64,000 nucleotides of DNA from Ministeria vibrans ATCC 50519 (GCA_943704425.1 CALSCP010001980.1:17750-81749); one strand, 5' to 3'. Positions 1-13,310 are shown, counted from the first letter of the stretch. A program made the numbers and translations. Notes: a model not told the origin generated them from the sequence alone.

Positions 1-430
1 CGACGGTGCCGTCCGTCTCATCTCGCCCGTCTCAGGCAACATCCTCACCTCTGCTCTCCCCGCCATCACCTATCGTGTCACGGTTGTAGCCGTTGCTTAT
101 GATCGCCAAAGGTGCCCAAAAAGAACTAGTGCACATGCAAACGGCGCTTGCGTAAACGTATACGCGGTATACTGATGCTCTTTGTGTACTTTGTAGTGAT
201 CGACTATATACATTGATGAGCGACGGGACAGTGCAGCTGACACGCACCACCACCAACCCGGCGACGCACGAGGGTGTCTGGCCCACCACGCGCCACCCCG
301 GCACTGGCGACGGCCTCTATCTTGCCCTCACTGCAGGGCACGCCGTCACATCACCCCAACTGCAGGTGCACAAACATAACACAAATACTATCATAGTTTT
401 ATTTTAATGCTTCTGCATTTACACACACAC

Positions 431-473
<43 letters not shown>

Positions 474-493
474 NNNNNNNNNNACACACACAC

Positions 494-538
<45 letters not shown>

Positions 539-1625
539 TTTCACACGTGACACACACACGATCCGTACTTTTTAAATTTGCCTTGGTATAGTTTGATTCT
601 AGCCAGGGCAACACACGAAGGGCCACCATTGTCCTAGACCCCACCACCTACACCCGCACTCCTGCAAGCAGTCTGCCGCCCACCACCACGTTCACCACTA
701 CCGCGTCACATGTACAGGGCGACCGTGATCACGATGGCAAGAACGGCACCAGTACGGCCGTCTCTGCCGACAGTACTGTTCATGGGCCCCCAACCTCTTC
801 CATCGCCTCCGCTGATTATGATGCACCGACACTGGTGCGCAGCTCGACACGACGTAGCTCATTGGCCTTTGTGGTGGCGGGTCCGACTGAAAATTGCATT
901 GCTGAAGAGGCGGACGAAGTGTTTGAAGACTGCATGCCGCCGGAGGAGTCGCAGAGGGTGGGCGATCATGATGGACAATATCGGGATGATGTTTTTGCGG
1001 TGGTCATTGCGGGAACAGATACAGGTCAGCTGTGCTCCCTTCATCCTAGTCGTGGCAACGTTGTCTACCGCATCCAAGCGCACTCGGCTCGCATTGTGTC
1101 GGTCTCGCTTGCTGCCTCGCACACACGCCTCGTCTCACTCGCCGCCGACCATGGTATTCGCACGTGGTCTTTCCGTCCCTTTGCGGTCGCCCACTCCCCT
1201 TTCTCCGTTGCTCTCGTGCCCCATCTCAAATTTGGCATGGCCGCCCTCCACGTTGCCTTACTCTCAGCCCACCTTGTGCTTGTGGGCGCTGATGGCCGTG
1301 TGCGCTCCTGTGCCTTGGGCCATACCGGCAGCACCCACAACAACCCCAAAATAAATGACAATGACGACGGCGTCGATGACATGGACGTGCTCGACGACGA
1401 TTTTCTGATTGACTCGCGTGTCCGTGAAGCAGTTCACGCTGACTCAGAGGCGACATCATCAACGCACACCATTGTTGCGCTAGCCACGTGCGACACTCTC
1501 AACATGTTTGCCACAGCCACACGCAATGGGTAAAGCATTGAAGTTTATTAAAATAATTTAACATAATCAATCACGTCATAATAATAATAATAAAATTAAT
1601 AATAATAATGATTAAAATTATTTAA

Positions 1626-1709
<84 letters not shown>

Positions 1710-4700
1710 TATTATTATTATTATTATTATTAATATTTTTGTTGTTTTCATAGACTGGTGCGCATTTATGAAGCGCACTCGTGTACTCTGGTGCGCCAGA
1801 TTACGTTTGAACGCCCAACAACTGCCACACTGGCCATGAAAGGCACGGATCTGATTGAATCGATGTGCTTTGTACATGAGCATCTCATGGTGGCTATGAA
1901 CAGCTGTGTGTATACTGTTACCGTCAACGAGTGGGCGCCATTGCGCGTGCTTAGTGCAATCCACTCGACCCCCACACCCGTCGTCGACATTCCGCTTGAG
2001 TTTCCCATTGGTTTTCACGATGAAGTAGGCGATAATGAAGGCGATCAGGACGACGGGGGGGACGCAGGCGAAGGCGTTGATGGTGACGAGCATGGCGGTG
2101 ATGCAGGTGGTCCAACGCGCCACGCAGCTCGTGAACGCCGTCGCTCGTCCACACTAGCACGCGAACTGCAAGAGCAACAGGAGCAGACGCACGCAGCGTT
2201 GGTACGCCAGGCCACACTGGAGCAACTGCTCTCCCGCATTGCCGAGACACGCGCTGAGCTGGACGCTGCCAAGGCGCGTTTGGACGAGGAGGAGGGCGGA
2301 GAGGAGGCTAAGGCGGCTCTCGAAGTGTTCTCGTTGAGCGACGAAACACGCGCCATGTTTGACAAGTTGCTTATGTGTCTGCGCGGCGAACAGTTGCTAC
2401 TTCACGTGCACGTGGAGACACTACGCTTGAACCGACAGGAGAGCCTGGCCTCCAAGCAGAATGCAGGTCCGACACGTCGCCGACGGCCGGGCGAGACGGT
2501 CGCGGTGGACACGCGCGAGACTGACCCCGACGCACTTGCGCTGATGGTACAGGTTGATGGCATCCTTGCTGAGTATCTTCCTGCCGTGCCCGACGGACAC
2601 ATTCCCAATTCGGTGGTGCGTCAGCGCATTGCCACGCCGCCCATACCACCCGAGGCGCTGCGCTGGCGACCGCGGGACTTGAGCGACAGTGCCCAGCAGG
2701 AACTGGAGCGAGCACGCGAAGAGGAAGAGGCTCGCCTTGCCTTTGAAAGGGATCAGGAGGCGCTCGACCTGCAAGCGCTGCTCGAAGATCAATCGGAGTC
2801 GGAGTTTGATGAGGAGGACGCGTGGCGCGAGGCCATGCTCGACGAAATGGGCAATAATTCGGATCAGCTTGGCATGGACGGTCTGCTCGACACGAATGCC
2901 TCGCTCGACGCCAGTGGCCATCGTCTGGTGTCACTCAGCGAAGAGGACCAATTCCGTCAGCGACTGGAAAGCGAGAAATTGCGACGCGAACGTGAGCGCA
3001 TTGCGGCACTCATGGCTGACGAAGAGAATGCCATGTACACGCTGAGTGGAGATGCACAGCGATTACGCTCGCGCGATTCATCACGAGCACCAGAGACGCC
3101 ACTGGTTGTACGCGACAAAGCCATCACAGAGGAGGCTGTTGGGACGGCACTAGCGGCGGGGGAGTCGACTTTGGCCAAGTCGACGACCGACACGTGTAAA
3201 GCAGCAGCCATTCAGGAACATGCAACCAGTGGCTCAGGTGAACAGGTGACGACCACCAATACTAGTGTGGGCAACAATGTACTCGTTGAGAATGCGGTGC
3301 TCAAGCGTGTCGCGTCGGCCGGTCTCACCGTGGGCTCCCCTCCTCGCTCGGCAGCAGCACGTCGCTCTGCAAACATGCGTGAGACTCCTCAAGGGATCAA
3401 CACTCCGCCACCAATGGTCGTGCTCCACCCGACCCCCGTGCTGCAAGTCGAGACGTCCCCGGACTCAGCCTCTCACCCTAACGGCGACCACGCTGATCAC
3501 ACTGCCGCCAACACGCAGTCTCCGCACTTGCTGATGGCGCTGTCTCCGGCGCAATCACGTCCCATTAGTGGCCGAGAGATCCGTCCCCTCTCGGCGGTCG
3601 AGCAGACGGCCATCATTCAGCAGCTTGCGTTGCGCGAGTGGTGTGCAACGGTCATTGAGAAGCCCGTCACATCGGCCAAGATTGCTCGCGTTGCGTGCGA
3701 CGTGATCCTGCGCCCAACCAGCTCAGTGGAGAACATCGACAGCGCAGCAGATGCGCTCGATTCGCTGCTGCATCACGTTGATCTGCCCTCCGAGACACGC
3801 ACCGAAGTCGTAGCACTTATTGCCCAGCAACGTCAGCAGCAAAAGTCGTCGGCGATGTCGTCGGCTGTCTCCAGTGCCGCCGAGCGCAATACCCTTTCGG
3901 CGGACCCCTCAACCAGCATGACTTCAAATGGCACCCTCACCTGTAGTGCGGGCAGTGTGCGCGATGCGGCTCTCTCGAGCTCGTCGGCTACGCGTAGTGG
4001 CGATCACGAGCCACCTCGCTCCCACCAGAGCACGGCACACACACGCGGCCTGTCCGACACACCGGACCGGCAGGGGGAAGCATTTACAGATGTAGAGGCT
4101 GAAACTGCCTGTACGAGCTTGCGCTCAGGGGTCACATCCGGATCATCGACTCATGTGGCGCCGAGTGGAGCGGGAGAGCTGAACACGGACAGCAACAACA
4201 ACGCCTCTGTAGCTGACTCGCCCGCCCAAAGTGCATCGTCCATGCGGGCGCGTCTGTGCGGGGTCATGGGCACCGTGGGTCTTGAGTGCGATACGGAGAA
4301 CATGATGCGCGAGGCGCTGGTGCGCGCGCTGCTCGACGACGATCCCTGCGTGTACGCAGCGGGCCGACAGGCGCTGTTGTCGAGCGGCATTGAGACGCGC
4401 GAGGGCCTGGCTGAGCTCATTGTTGCACTGGGCTGGAGCATGGACGACCGAGTGCGCGCTGTCATTGCCTCGGCGATACCGCTGGTCGCCCCTGTGCCCC
4501 GTTCGCGTGGCCAATCGGCACGCGAGCGCCTGCAAGAGCAGGGGGCGTACATGGCGGAAGTGGCTGCTCTGGCGCGTCTACCGCAGCGACGTCGTTGCAA
4601 GCTGGTGCGTGTTGGTCCTCACATGTTGATGAGTGTCGCGGGTGTGGCCGAGCTCGACGACGAGGGCGATTTCGACGTTCGCAGCGACATTGTAGACGAC

Positions 4701-4982
4701 TCGGGCGGTCTCATGTCGGCCATGGCACAGCTCAATGTGCACGAGTGGCTGCGAGGCGAGTCGCTCGATCCGGATGTTGCACAGCGCGAGGCACACGAAC
4801 TCGAGCGGATTCGCTCACAGATGCTTGCCAGCACGGATCATTACATGAATCGATTTCGCTTGCTCTGTGCGCTCTCACCACAGGCAAACAAGCGCATTGC
4901 TCCCTCTGGTCGGTCTGTTGACAAGTTTCTGTCGGCACGCCGTCGTAGTCAGCCGCTCCCGCCTCTTCAAGCGTCCCAATAA
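1..4982 (+). CDS. WDR97: Large WD40-repeat protein, WDR97/WDR87-like (5' partial; exons ~1-111, 197-366, 592-1529, 1754-4982)
   Basis: Spliced translation DGAVRLISPVSGNIL...AVAYDRQSDRLYTLMSDG and VIAGTDTGQLCSL...YRIQAHSARIVSV resembles the WDR97/WDR87 WD repeats; long coiled-coil/acidic region and HEAT-like C-terminal part; GT-AG junctions keep frame. Confidence 0.6.
422..537. repeat. (CA)n/(TA)n intronic microsatellite spanning a 10-N gap
   Basis: Directly visible. Confidence 0.95.
1629..1735. repeat. (TTA)n intronic microsatellite
   Basis: Directly visible in the AT-rich intron 1530-1753. Confidence 0.95.
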
Positions 4983-5040
4983 AGAGGCACTAAAGATGTT
5001 GCGGGCGAGCCTGTCCACTGTACAAATTGAAATGACATTG

Positions 5041-5190
5041 ACTCAAATCAGATCGATTTATTTATTCGATCCGCTAAGATTTACCTCGGCCCTTCTGGAC
5101 ACAGTGGACACTCTTGTTGATTTGACGGGAACAGCGGTGGTGGCCACGTTTGACATTGCTAAGTGCTTTGACCGCATCCGTCATGAGACG
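5041..5190 (+). mobile_element. Reverse-transcriptase fragment (non-LTR retrotransposon or group II-like) truncated by the assembly gap
   Basis: Translation ...TSALLDTVDTLVDLTGTAVVATFDIAKCFDRIRHET matches the RT motif hhhDhxKxFDxhxH. Confidence 0.6.
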
Positions 5191-6017
5191 NNNNNNNNNN
5201 NNNNNNNNNNNNNNNNNNNNNNNNNNNNNNNNNNNNNNNNNNNNNNNNNNNNNNNNNNNNNNNNNNNNNNNNNNNNNNNNNNNNNNNNNNNNNNNNNNNN
5301 NNNNNNNNNNNNNNNNNNNNNNNNNNNNNNNNNNNNNNNNNNNNNNNNNNNNNNNNNNNNNNNNNNNNNNNNNNNNNNNNNNNNNNNNNNNNNNNNNNNN
5401 NNNNNNNNNNNNNNNNNNNNNNNNNNNNNNNNNNNNNNNNNNNNNNNNNNNNNNNNNNNNNNNNNNNNNNNNNNNNNNNNNNNNNNNNNNNNNNNNNNNN
5501 NNNNNNNNNNNNNNNNNNNNNNNNNNNNNNNNNNNNNNNNNNNNNNNNNNNNNNNNNNNNNNNNNNNNNNNNNNNNNNNNNNNNNNNNNNNNNNNNNNNN
5601 NNNNNNNNNNNNNNNNNNNNNNNNNNNNNNNNNNNNNNNNNNNNNNNNNNNNNNNNNNNNNNNNNNNNNNNNNNNNNNNNNNNNNNNNNNNNNNNNNNNN
5701 NNNNNNNNNNNNNNNNNNNNNNNNNNNNNNNNNNNNNNNNNNNNNNNNNNNNNNNNNNNNNNNNNNNNNNNNNNNNNNNNNNNNNNNNNNNNNNNNNNNN
5801 NNNNNNNNNNNNNNNNNNNNNNNNNNNNNNNNNNNNNNNNNNNNNNNNNNNNNNNNNNNNNNNNNNNNNNNNNNNNNNNNNNNNNNNNNNNNNNNNNNNN
5901 NNNNNNNNNNNNNNNNNNNNNNNNNNNNNNNNNNNNNNNNNNNNNNNNNNNNNNNNNNNNNNNNNNNNNNNNNNNNNNNNNNNNNNNNNNNNNNNNNNNN
6001 NNNNNNNNNNNNNNNNN
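5191..6017. other. Assembly gap (Ns)
   Basis: Run of N. Confidence 1.
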
Positions 6018-6086
<69 letters not shown>

Positions 6087-6520
6087 TGTGTGTGTGAATG
6101 TGTGTGTGTGTGTGTGAGTCTGTGCATGTGGGTGTGCATGTGGGTGTGTGCATGTGTGTGAGAGATAGAGAGAGTGAGAGAGAGAGAGAGCGGGAGAGGA
6201 GAAAGAAACAAAGCGATCGATAGAGAGAGGGGATAAAAAGAAACAAAGTGATAGAGGGGAGAAAGAAAGAAAATGAGAGAGGGGAGAAAGAAACATAGTG
6301 ATAGAGGAGATAAAGAAAGAAAATGATAGAGAGGAGAAAGAAACATAGTGATAGAGGAGATAAAGAAAGAAAATGATAGAGGAGAAAGAAACAAAGTGAT
6401 AGAGAGAGAGGGAGTGAGAGACAAAGTAAAAGAAAGACAAAGTAAAAGAGAGACAAAGTAAAAGAGATACAAAGTAAAAGAGAGACTAATGGAAAGAGCA
6501 CGTTAGACAAAGTGATAGAT
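6018..6520. repeat. (TG)n microsatellite followed by GA-rich minisatellite (unit ~GAGAAAGAAACAAAGTGATA)
   Basis: Directly visible. Confidence 0.9.
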
Positions 6521-7125
6521 CGGGCGACAAAGTGATTGAGTGAGAGACTATTTTTTTTTGGAAGATGCATTGTACAAGACAATTTCACCACCCGGAGCGA
6601 CTACTTCACCCTCACAGGAGCCGAAGCGGTCAAGCGGACATTCCGAGAGACTTGCATACAGAGCCGTTCACCCAAGCAAGTGAACAGCCGCAGCTGGAGA
6701 CGCCTCCTGATTTTAACTAAAAATTCACGCACGTGAAAAGGAAAGGATAAAGTTCGGCAAATGTGAAATGAGCCTGGACTTCATCATCTTCCCTTGGATC
6801 TCTCCTGAGACGAAGAAGAAAAACAAAATGACAATGAATAATGATAATAAGAAGCCTAAAGTCTTAGTCGTTTGAGAGAAAACAAAAGAAGCCTAGTTTT
6901 CTGTCCACGGCAACCCATAGCCACACTCTAACTCTTGGATTAGTCATCATGGAGAATGCAGGGCCTAAGAAAGTAGTGCAGTAACTTAAGGAGTTACCCA
7001 AAACCATAATATGCATGATTGATATTGTAATTATTAATCATGATGAGGATTAATTAATTGATTACAATCAACAAAATAACAATCTTACTACAAGTTTTTT
7101 TTATTGCTTCGACTTGAATCAATCA

Positions 7126-7699
7126 ATGAGCGGCGCCCTGGGGATTCGCAAGAATCTGTTCGAGAGTGCCAAGTCCATTCCGGAGCTGTCGCGCATGGTC
7201 TTCCGGCTGCTCGACACCACTGTCCCCCAAGCGAAGCGAAGCAGTCGAAAGGTCCTGCAGGCGCCCTTGCCCCGTACGTCCATCATCCATGGTGCCTCTT
7301 GCGTGGCCTCTCTTGCGCGAGCGGTCGCGCTGTTCGCGTGTGTGGGGGAAACAAAAGACAAGAATTCGTTTTCGCTTCTGCCCGATGTTTTACGCCACTT
7401 GCACGCTTGCAAGCGTGTGCGTGTGGTCCCTGGTCGTTGTTGTGGGGGGGATTGAGAGCATGCTGCTGCGCTTGGTCGCTGACACCCGTTTCTTTCGCTT
7501 GATTCTCGCAGCACCCTATTCGCTCGTTGAAAAGGACGAGCATGACGCCATTGCGGCCATGCACACGCGCTTTCACCACCTCGGCTTGATCGAAGACTCG
7601 GAAATTGACCGGCAGGAGCGCAATGTGTTCCGTAACAGAAGAAAGGGCCACGGTCCGTCGATCAACAAAGTGCCCGGACGTACCAAGCGCCGCAAGTAG
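7126..7699 (+). CDS. MRPS33: Mitochondrial small-subunit ribosomal protein mS33 (Rsm27/MRPS33); exons 7126-7273, 7512-7699
   Basis: LSRMVFR...KRSSRKVLQAPL|PPYS...LGLIED...RRKGHGP fits the mS33 pattern; GT-AG intron restores frame. Confidence 0.65.
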
Positions 7700-7828
7700 A
7701 GCCTCCTCGCGTCCATGTGTCTGTAGCGAATGAACCCACCGCGGTGTGTGATTGTATACAAGAATGTGTGCGTCTGGCTCGTCTATATATAGAGATTCTT
7801 GAACAAAAGGAAGGATTTTATTTGAAGT

Positions 7829-8406
7829 TTAGCGAACAGCGTGCACAATGTCGTCGATCTTGAGAATGCTTCGGACGGTCTCGGTGGCAAGCTACAGGAG
7901 AGAAAAAGAGAGAAAGAGAGAGAGGCAAAGAGAGAGATGAGTAAATAATGGAATTGCAATAACCAAAGCGAGAGCACGTACAGTGAGGGCAGAGAGGGAG
8001 ACAAGGAGTGGCTGGACAACGTTCTCCTCGAGGATGTCGGTGATGCAGCCCTTGCGGACGTTGATGCCCGCCGTGCGCTCGCCTGCCTTGTGGCGGTTGC
8101 GCAGCTCAGTCACCACGCTGATCGCGTTCAGCCCGGCGTTCTCGGCCAACGTCGATGGAATGACCTAGGACAACAAGGATTAGTGACTTGAGTGTGCTGA
8201 CGCTAATTTTTTTTTCTTTTTGTTCCTTTCATACCTCGAGACTCTCGGCAAAGGCGCGGACAACGTACGCATCGAGCCCCTTGAGAGTGAAGGAGTACTC
8301 GGTGAGCTTCTGCGCAACCTCAATCTCCGGCGCACCACCGCCAGCAATGAGAAACTACAAGACGGGCGGGAGTGAGTCAGGGGCCAAGTCCATCGGTCAG
8401 CACACA

Positions 8407-8443
<37 letters not shown>

Positions 8444-8512
8444 TTTGAGAGAGAGAGAGAGTTTGAGAGTTTGAGAGTTTGAGAGTTTGAGAGTTTGAGA
8501 GTTTGAGAGTTT

Positions 8513-8604
<92 letters not shown>

Positions 8605-9565
8605 GAGGGAGGGAGGGAGGGAGAGAGACACACGCACACAAGGCACTACCTTCTTCTTGACGAGACAGCGGATGACGCAGAGAGCGTCGTGGATGGAGCG
8701 GTCGGCCTCCTCGAGAACGAGCATGTTGCTTCCGCGTACCAGCACCGAGACGGTCTTGCCCGTGTTGGGCACCCCTGTGATCTTGACCACCTTGGCCTCG
8801 CCGTCCTCCTCAACCAAGTCCGCCGTACCAAGTCGGTCCGCCGTGAAGTGGTCCACCGATGCAATCGGCTTGCAGTTGATCGTCTACATCCCCATCTCCG
8901 TCAGTGCTAACATCTTTAAACCCCCTGTCACTCTTTGTTTGTATACCTTGCACACAAACTCGACCTCAGAGCGCTCAATGTCCGTCACAACCATAATCTT
9001 CATCTTGGCCAGAAAGTGCAGAGCAAGATCATTCACTGCGTCCCGCAGAATCGACTGTGTATGTGTGGTGTTCGGTGTGTCAGATTTTGTTACTCTCTTA
9101 TCATTATGACTTTTGTACCTTTTGAATGAGGAGCACATTGCAACCGGACTTTTTGATTTTCTTGCAAATGTCAAGAATGTATTGACGTTCCTCGCGCAAC
9201 ACACGGTCCATTTGCGAGTAGTCTATGCGCAGGCAAAACAGACTCAGCGACGAGAAAAGGTGCGTGCTTATATGTCGTACCGCTGACAATGACTTGGTTC
9301 TCCATGTCCGTTTTGGGAGGGGACAGACAGAACTGCGCCAGACCAATCTTGGCCTTCTCCACACGTGACACACCGCCCGCCTGTGAGCAATCAGAAACGG
9401 TTAGTAGCACGTCAAACAGTGTCTCCCATTAGTGTACCGAGTGCGACGCCTTGTGCGCAAAGACCACTCCGTCAATAAGCTCGCAGTCCTCAACTGTGCC
9501 TCCAGGTCGCTTCACAATGTGAATGTCACGCAGATCTACGCATTTCACACAGCATGGTAAGTGTC

Positions 9566-9618
<53 letters not shown>

Positions 9619-11334
9619 ACTCACTCTCGACCACTTGGTTCTTGTTCTTTCACTCTATATCACTTTTTCTGTCACGTACCAACATTGTCTGCTGTCTTAG
9701 GGTCGATGACTCGCATCACTGCATCCACCGCAATCGGCGAAATCGTATCCGAAAACTGTGACACAACCTAAACAACAATTCGTCAGCCCCCCTTTCCCTA
9801 TTTCTTTCTCCTGTGCGCTCACTGCCTCCCGTCTACCTTTGAGTTAAGCGAAGTGTTTGCGCTCTTGAGAAGCGACTCACGGTCACTCAGCTCCACAGGC
9901 GTCGCCATGCCCTCCAGGATCTCCTTGGCCTTATCCACTGCCACCTGGAACCCGTCCGAAATGACAGTCGGGTGGATTCCACGCTATCGAATTGCCGCAC
10001 ACGAAAAAACAAAAACAAAACAACAAAAAAAAAAACAAGAAAAAAAAAAAAAAANNNNNNNNNNCATTGATTGTGGTGTGAATTGTAGGGAGTAAGTTGA
10101 GAAAAGAGAAGAATGGAAGGGAGAATTAAAAAAAAAAAGACTTCCCTACGTTATTTCCGTTCTCGATGACTTACGCGGAGAAGCTTCTCGCAGGCGCTCA
10201 GAAGACCGCCAGCAATGACGCACACCGATGTGGTACCGTCGCCGGCCTCAATGTCCTGTGCCTTGGACAGCTCCACAAGCATCTTGGCTGCCGGATGCTG
10301 CACAAGAGTCAATGAACCGTTCAAGCACGCACACAACGACAGCCGGTTACAATACATGACATGTTAACTTACGTGAACTTGCATCTTCTGCAGAATGGTG
10401 GCACCATCGTTGGTAATGGTGACGCTGCCATCTTGCAGCTGAATCATCTTGTCCATTCCTGAACGTACAAAGAGAGGAAAAACGACACATCAGACGACAA
10501 CTCATCGATTATGGCACACCATCAACACGACACACTTCACTAGATGCATGGTGATGGCCCCAAACCACAGAGAGAAGAAGAATGGGAAAGAGAGAGAGGA
10601 GATTGGGCGATGGCATGTAACGGCAAATTTCGATCTCTCATCTCTCTCTCATCTCTCTCTCGCTCCACCAATCACGCCCACGTGTCGATGCATTTGCCAC
10701 AGCACACCATACACATAGTGCTCTTGCTACGTGGGCGTGCAGCAGGACATCAAAAGCGACACGCGCGAAGTAAGAGTGATTGTGTGCGGAATCGTCAAGG
10801 GCAACAGGGGAAAGAAGGAAAGAAAAACATGACTGAGCCGGAGGGCCAGGCCCACCGGCCTCGCATGCCACGAGCGGAGCCGCAGACGGAAGTGGGGACA
10901 TACGGTGACATGTCAGAATCCCTTGAAAAGCATGACACGTGTGCAAAAGCAAGAGTTCAAGGCCGTTGGCGCCGAAACCACCCCAGAGCGACAGGTACAG
11001 GCAATACAGAAGATTTGACGCGCAGATGGAAAGGGGTTTCTCAGTTGCATCCGTTCCCTTTCGTCTTTTTTCATCTTTTTTTTTTTTTTTCAACATTAAT
11101 TTTTACCTTTGGGTCCAAGCGACGTTCGAATGGCGTCAGCGATGGCGCGGCCGGCAATGATGTTGGTCTGACGAACATCGTCATCTGCAGGGATGATCAG
11201 GGTGCGCGTCAGCTTCTGCGTTGCTCCGTTTCGCTTTGGGGGTTTCAAGCCCAACAGAAAACGATCGATCCATCAAGCGTACCCTTGCGACGCTCCTTGA
11301 ACGCACGCTTGTGTGTTGCTGCTCCCTCCGACAT
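7829..11334 (-). CDS. CCT4: Chaperonin CCT/TRiC subunit delta (multi-exon)
   Basis: [89 protein letters not shown]. Confidence 0.97.
8401..8630. repeat. Compound intronic repeat (CA)n-(GA)n-(GAGAGTTT)n-(GA)n
   Basis: Directly visible; about 8 copies of the 8-mer. Confidence 0.9.
10580..11075. ncRNA. Candidate structured RNA inside the 648-nt CCT4 intron 2
   Basis: Several inverted repeats (10673-10683/10729-10739; 10838-10860; 10921-10927/10956-10962; 11026-11066 followed by a T-run); no family recognised. Confidence 0.3.
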
Positions 11335-11492
11335 GGTACTACTATGTTTCAATACCGGATGATTATATTAGTTTGATTATCGGTTATCCTTTGACTATTG
11401 AGTGTAGACACTGAGATTTCTATTTCAATTTTCTCTTTGTTGATACTTAGTTTCTCTTAATCCCCTCCCGTTTTTCGTTTTTGACTGTATCC

Positions 11493-12951
11493 ATGAGTAC
11501 TTCCCGCTTTGAACTAAATGCAGTGGATTTGGCAGGCGCCATTGAACGGCTTGAGGCAGACAGTGCCTGGACACCCTCAAAGCCTTTTCACATCCGTCGC
11601 GTCGACACGCTCTCTTTCAACGACTTCTACTTCTCGCATATGCTTGCGAGCGTACCAGTGCTTCTCACTGACAAAGTCACGGGTAATTGAAGGCAATGCG
11701 TGTTGCTCAATTGTGCAATGTTTGCGTTCGCTCTTTCTCTTACTGTCACTTTGTCTCTCTCTCTTTATCACTTTGTCTCTCTCTCTCTATCCTCTTGTCT
11801 CTCTCTCTCTTTATCACTTTGTCTCTCTCTTTAGCACTTTGTCTCTCTCTCTTTGTCACTTTGTTTCTCTCACTCTCACTCTCACGCTCTCACTCTCACT
11901 CTCACGCTCTCTCTCTTTCTCTCTCACGCTCTCTCTCTTTCTCTCTCAGATGTCTCGTCTTGGCCGCTCTGCCGGCAATGGATTTCACATGGGTTGCTCG
12001 ACACGGCTGCGCTGATGACGGCCTTTGGGGATGATGCCGTTCCTTTGATGGACCGAGTGGGCGTCAGAACACAGTCGACCTTGCGCGCATTTTTAACGTC
12101 CCTTCACAACAACGACAGAGAAGCAAACTATAGCTATCTCAAAGATTGGCACTTTTTTTTGCGAGACCCACCTACACGCACTCTGCTATACTCTCCACCC
12201 CGTCTTTTTGCCTACGATACGTTGAATCCGTTTTGGTTGGACACGCACAAGGACGACTTTCGCTTTGTGTATCTCGGTGCGCAAGGTACTCGCACTGACT
12301 TGCACTGTGATGTTCATGGAAGCTATTCGTGGAGCGTCAACGTCTGTGGCCAAAAGACCTGGTACCCAATTTTTCCTTTCTTTCGTTTCTCTTAATACCT
12401 TTTTCTCTATCTGACCCACGTCATGTAGGACCTTCTTTCCGCCGAGTTGCACCGCGTCGCTCGACGCGCTTGCGCACACCGACTCGTGCACGCTCTCGCT
12501 GTCGACTCTTCCGTCGTCTCTACGCGCTCAGGCAACTGTAGTCACGCAGTACGCGGGCGAAGCGGTCTTTGTGCCATCGCGTGTATACCATTGCGTTGAG
12601 AATGATGCATCAATGACCCTCTCCGTGAACCACAATTGGGCAAATCCGCTCATTGTCCGTCAAATGGCACAGCTCTTTGTTGCTGATGCACAAGCAGTTC
12701 GCATACAGCTGGCCGACTCGCGCGCCCTCTTTGATCCTTCCGAGTATGCTGAGATTGCACGACGTGTTCTTGTTAGCACTGCCGGATTCGACTTTCAATC
12801 ATTCCGCGCATTCCTTGCGCACTCTCGCACGCTCTCCGAGTCGCTCTCGGTCGACCCACTTCGCATTCGATTTGAATCACTTCTACTTGACGAGGCGTGG
12901 CGTCTTGTTGCCCACGAATGGAACGCGCACTGGCAATCAAACGACGTCTGA
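11493..12951 (+). CDS. JMJD4: JmjC-domain 2-oxoglutarate oxygenase JMJD4 (3 exons)
   Basis: YLKDWHF, DDFRFVYLGAQGTRTDLHCDVHGSYSWSVNVCGQKTW, QYAGEAVFVPS..YHCVEN, SVNHNWAN. Confidence 0.9.
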
Positions 12952-13267
12952 CTGTACACCATCACGAGCGCACTTGGAAGGCCATATGGATGCGACAGTG
13001 CAGTCGGTGTGAACAACTTTTCTTCGTACGATGATGGATCAAAGAGGTAATCGTCTTTTACAGTTTGAGGGTCAGAAACACTGGATGGTGTGTGTGGGAG
13101 AGGGTCGGCGGGCTGTGCTTGAGGCGGATGGGGTCGCGCAGGAGGAGTGTCAGCGCCATTTCGTTGTACTTGCTCACTTTCGCCAAATGCACACTCTCCT
13201 GTCAACATAAACCACATAAATTGCGTTGAGAGGAAGATGATGGATTTTCAAGCGTGGAATCGAGGGC

Positions 13268-13300
13268 CTTCAACACGCGGTGCACAATGGGAATGTCGCG
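13268..13300 (-). pseudogene. Isolated fragment resembling signal peptidase SEC11 (RDIPIVHRVLK) at a contig edge
   Basis: 11 codons match the SEC11 catalytic-His motif IPIVHRV; the downstream KGDNN motif is absent. Confidence 0.4.
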
Positions 13301-13310
13301 NNNNNNNNNN

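Noticed and set aside
4867-6591. Long ORFs spanning the N gap and GA/TG repeats
   Set aside because: Open only because Ns and microsatellites contain no stop codons
6564-6736. GC-rich island that may be the last exon of a gene hidden in the gap
   Set aside because: No frame gives a recognisable product
6880-7010. C-box ATGATGA on the - strand and a 47-codon ORF
   Set aside because: No D box at a suitable distance and no recognisable protein
11000-11055. TPP-riboswitch-like CTGAGA on the - strand and U6-like ATACAGAAGATT on the + strand
   Set aside because: The remaining conserved cores (CCTGA..GG.TAAT.CC for TPP; ACAGAGA and AGC for U6) are missing
10544-11362. 272-aa + strand ORF
   Set aside because: Antisense to CCT4 exons 1-2 and intron 2, includes poly-T-derived Phe runs, no domain
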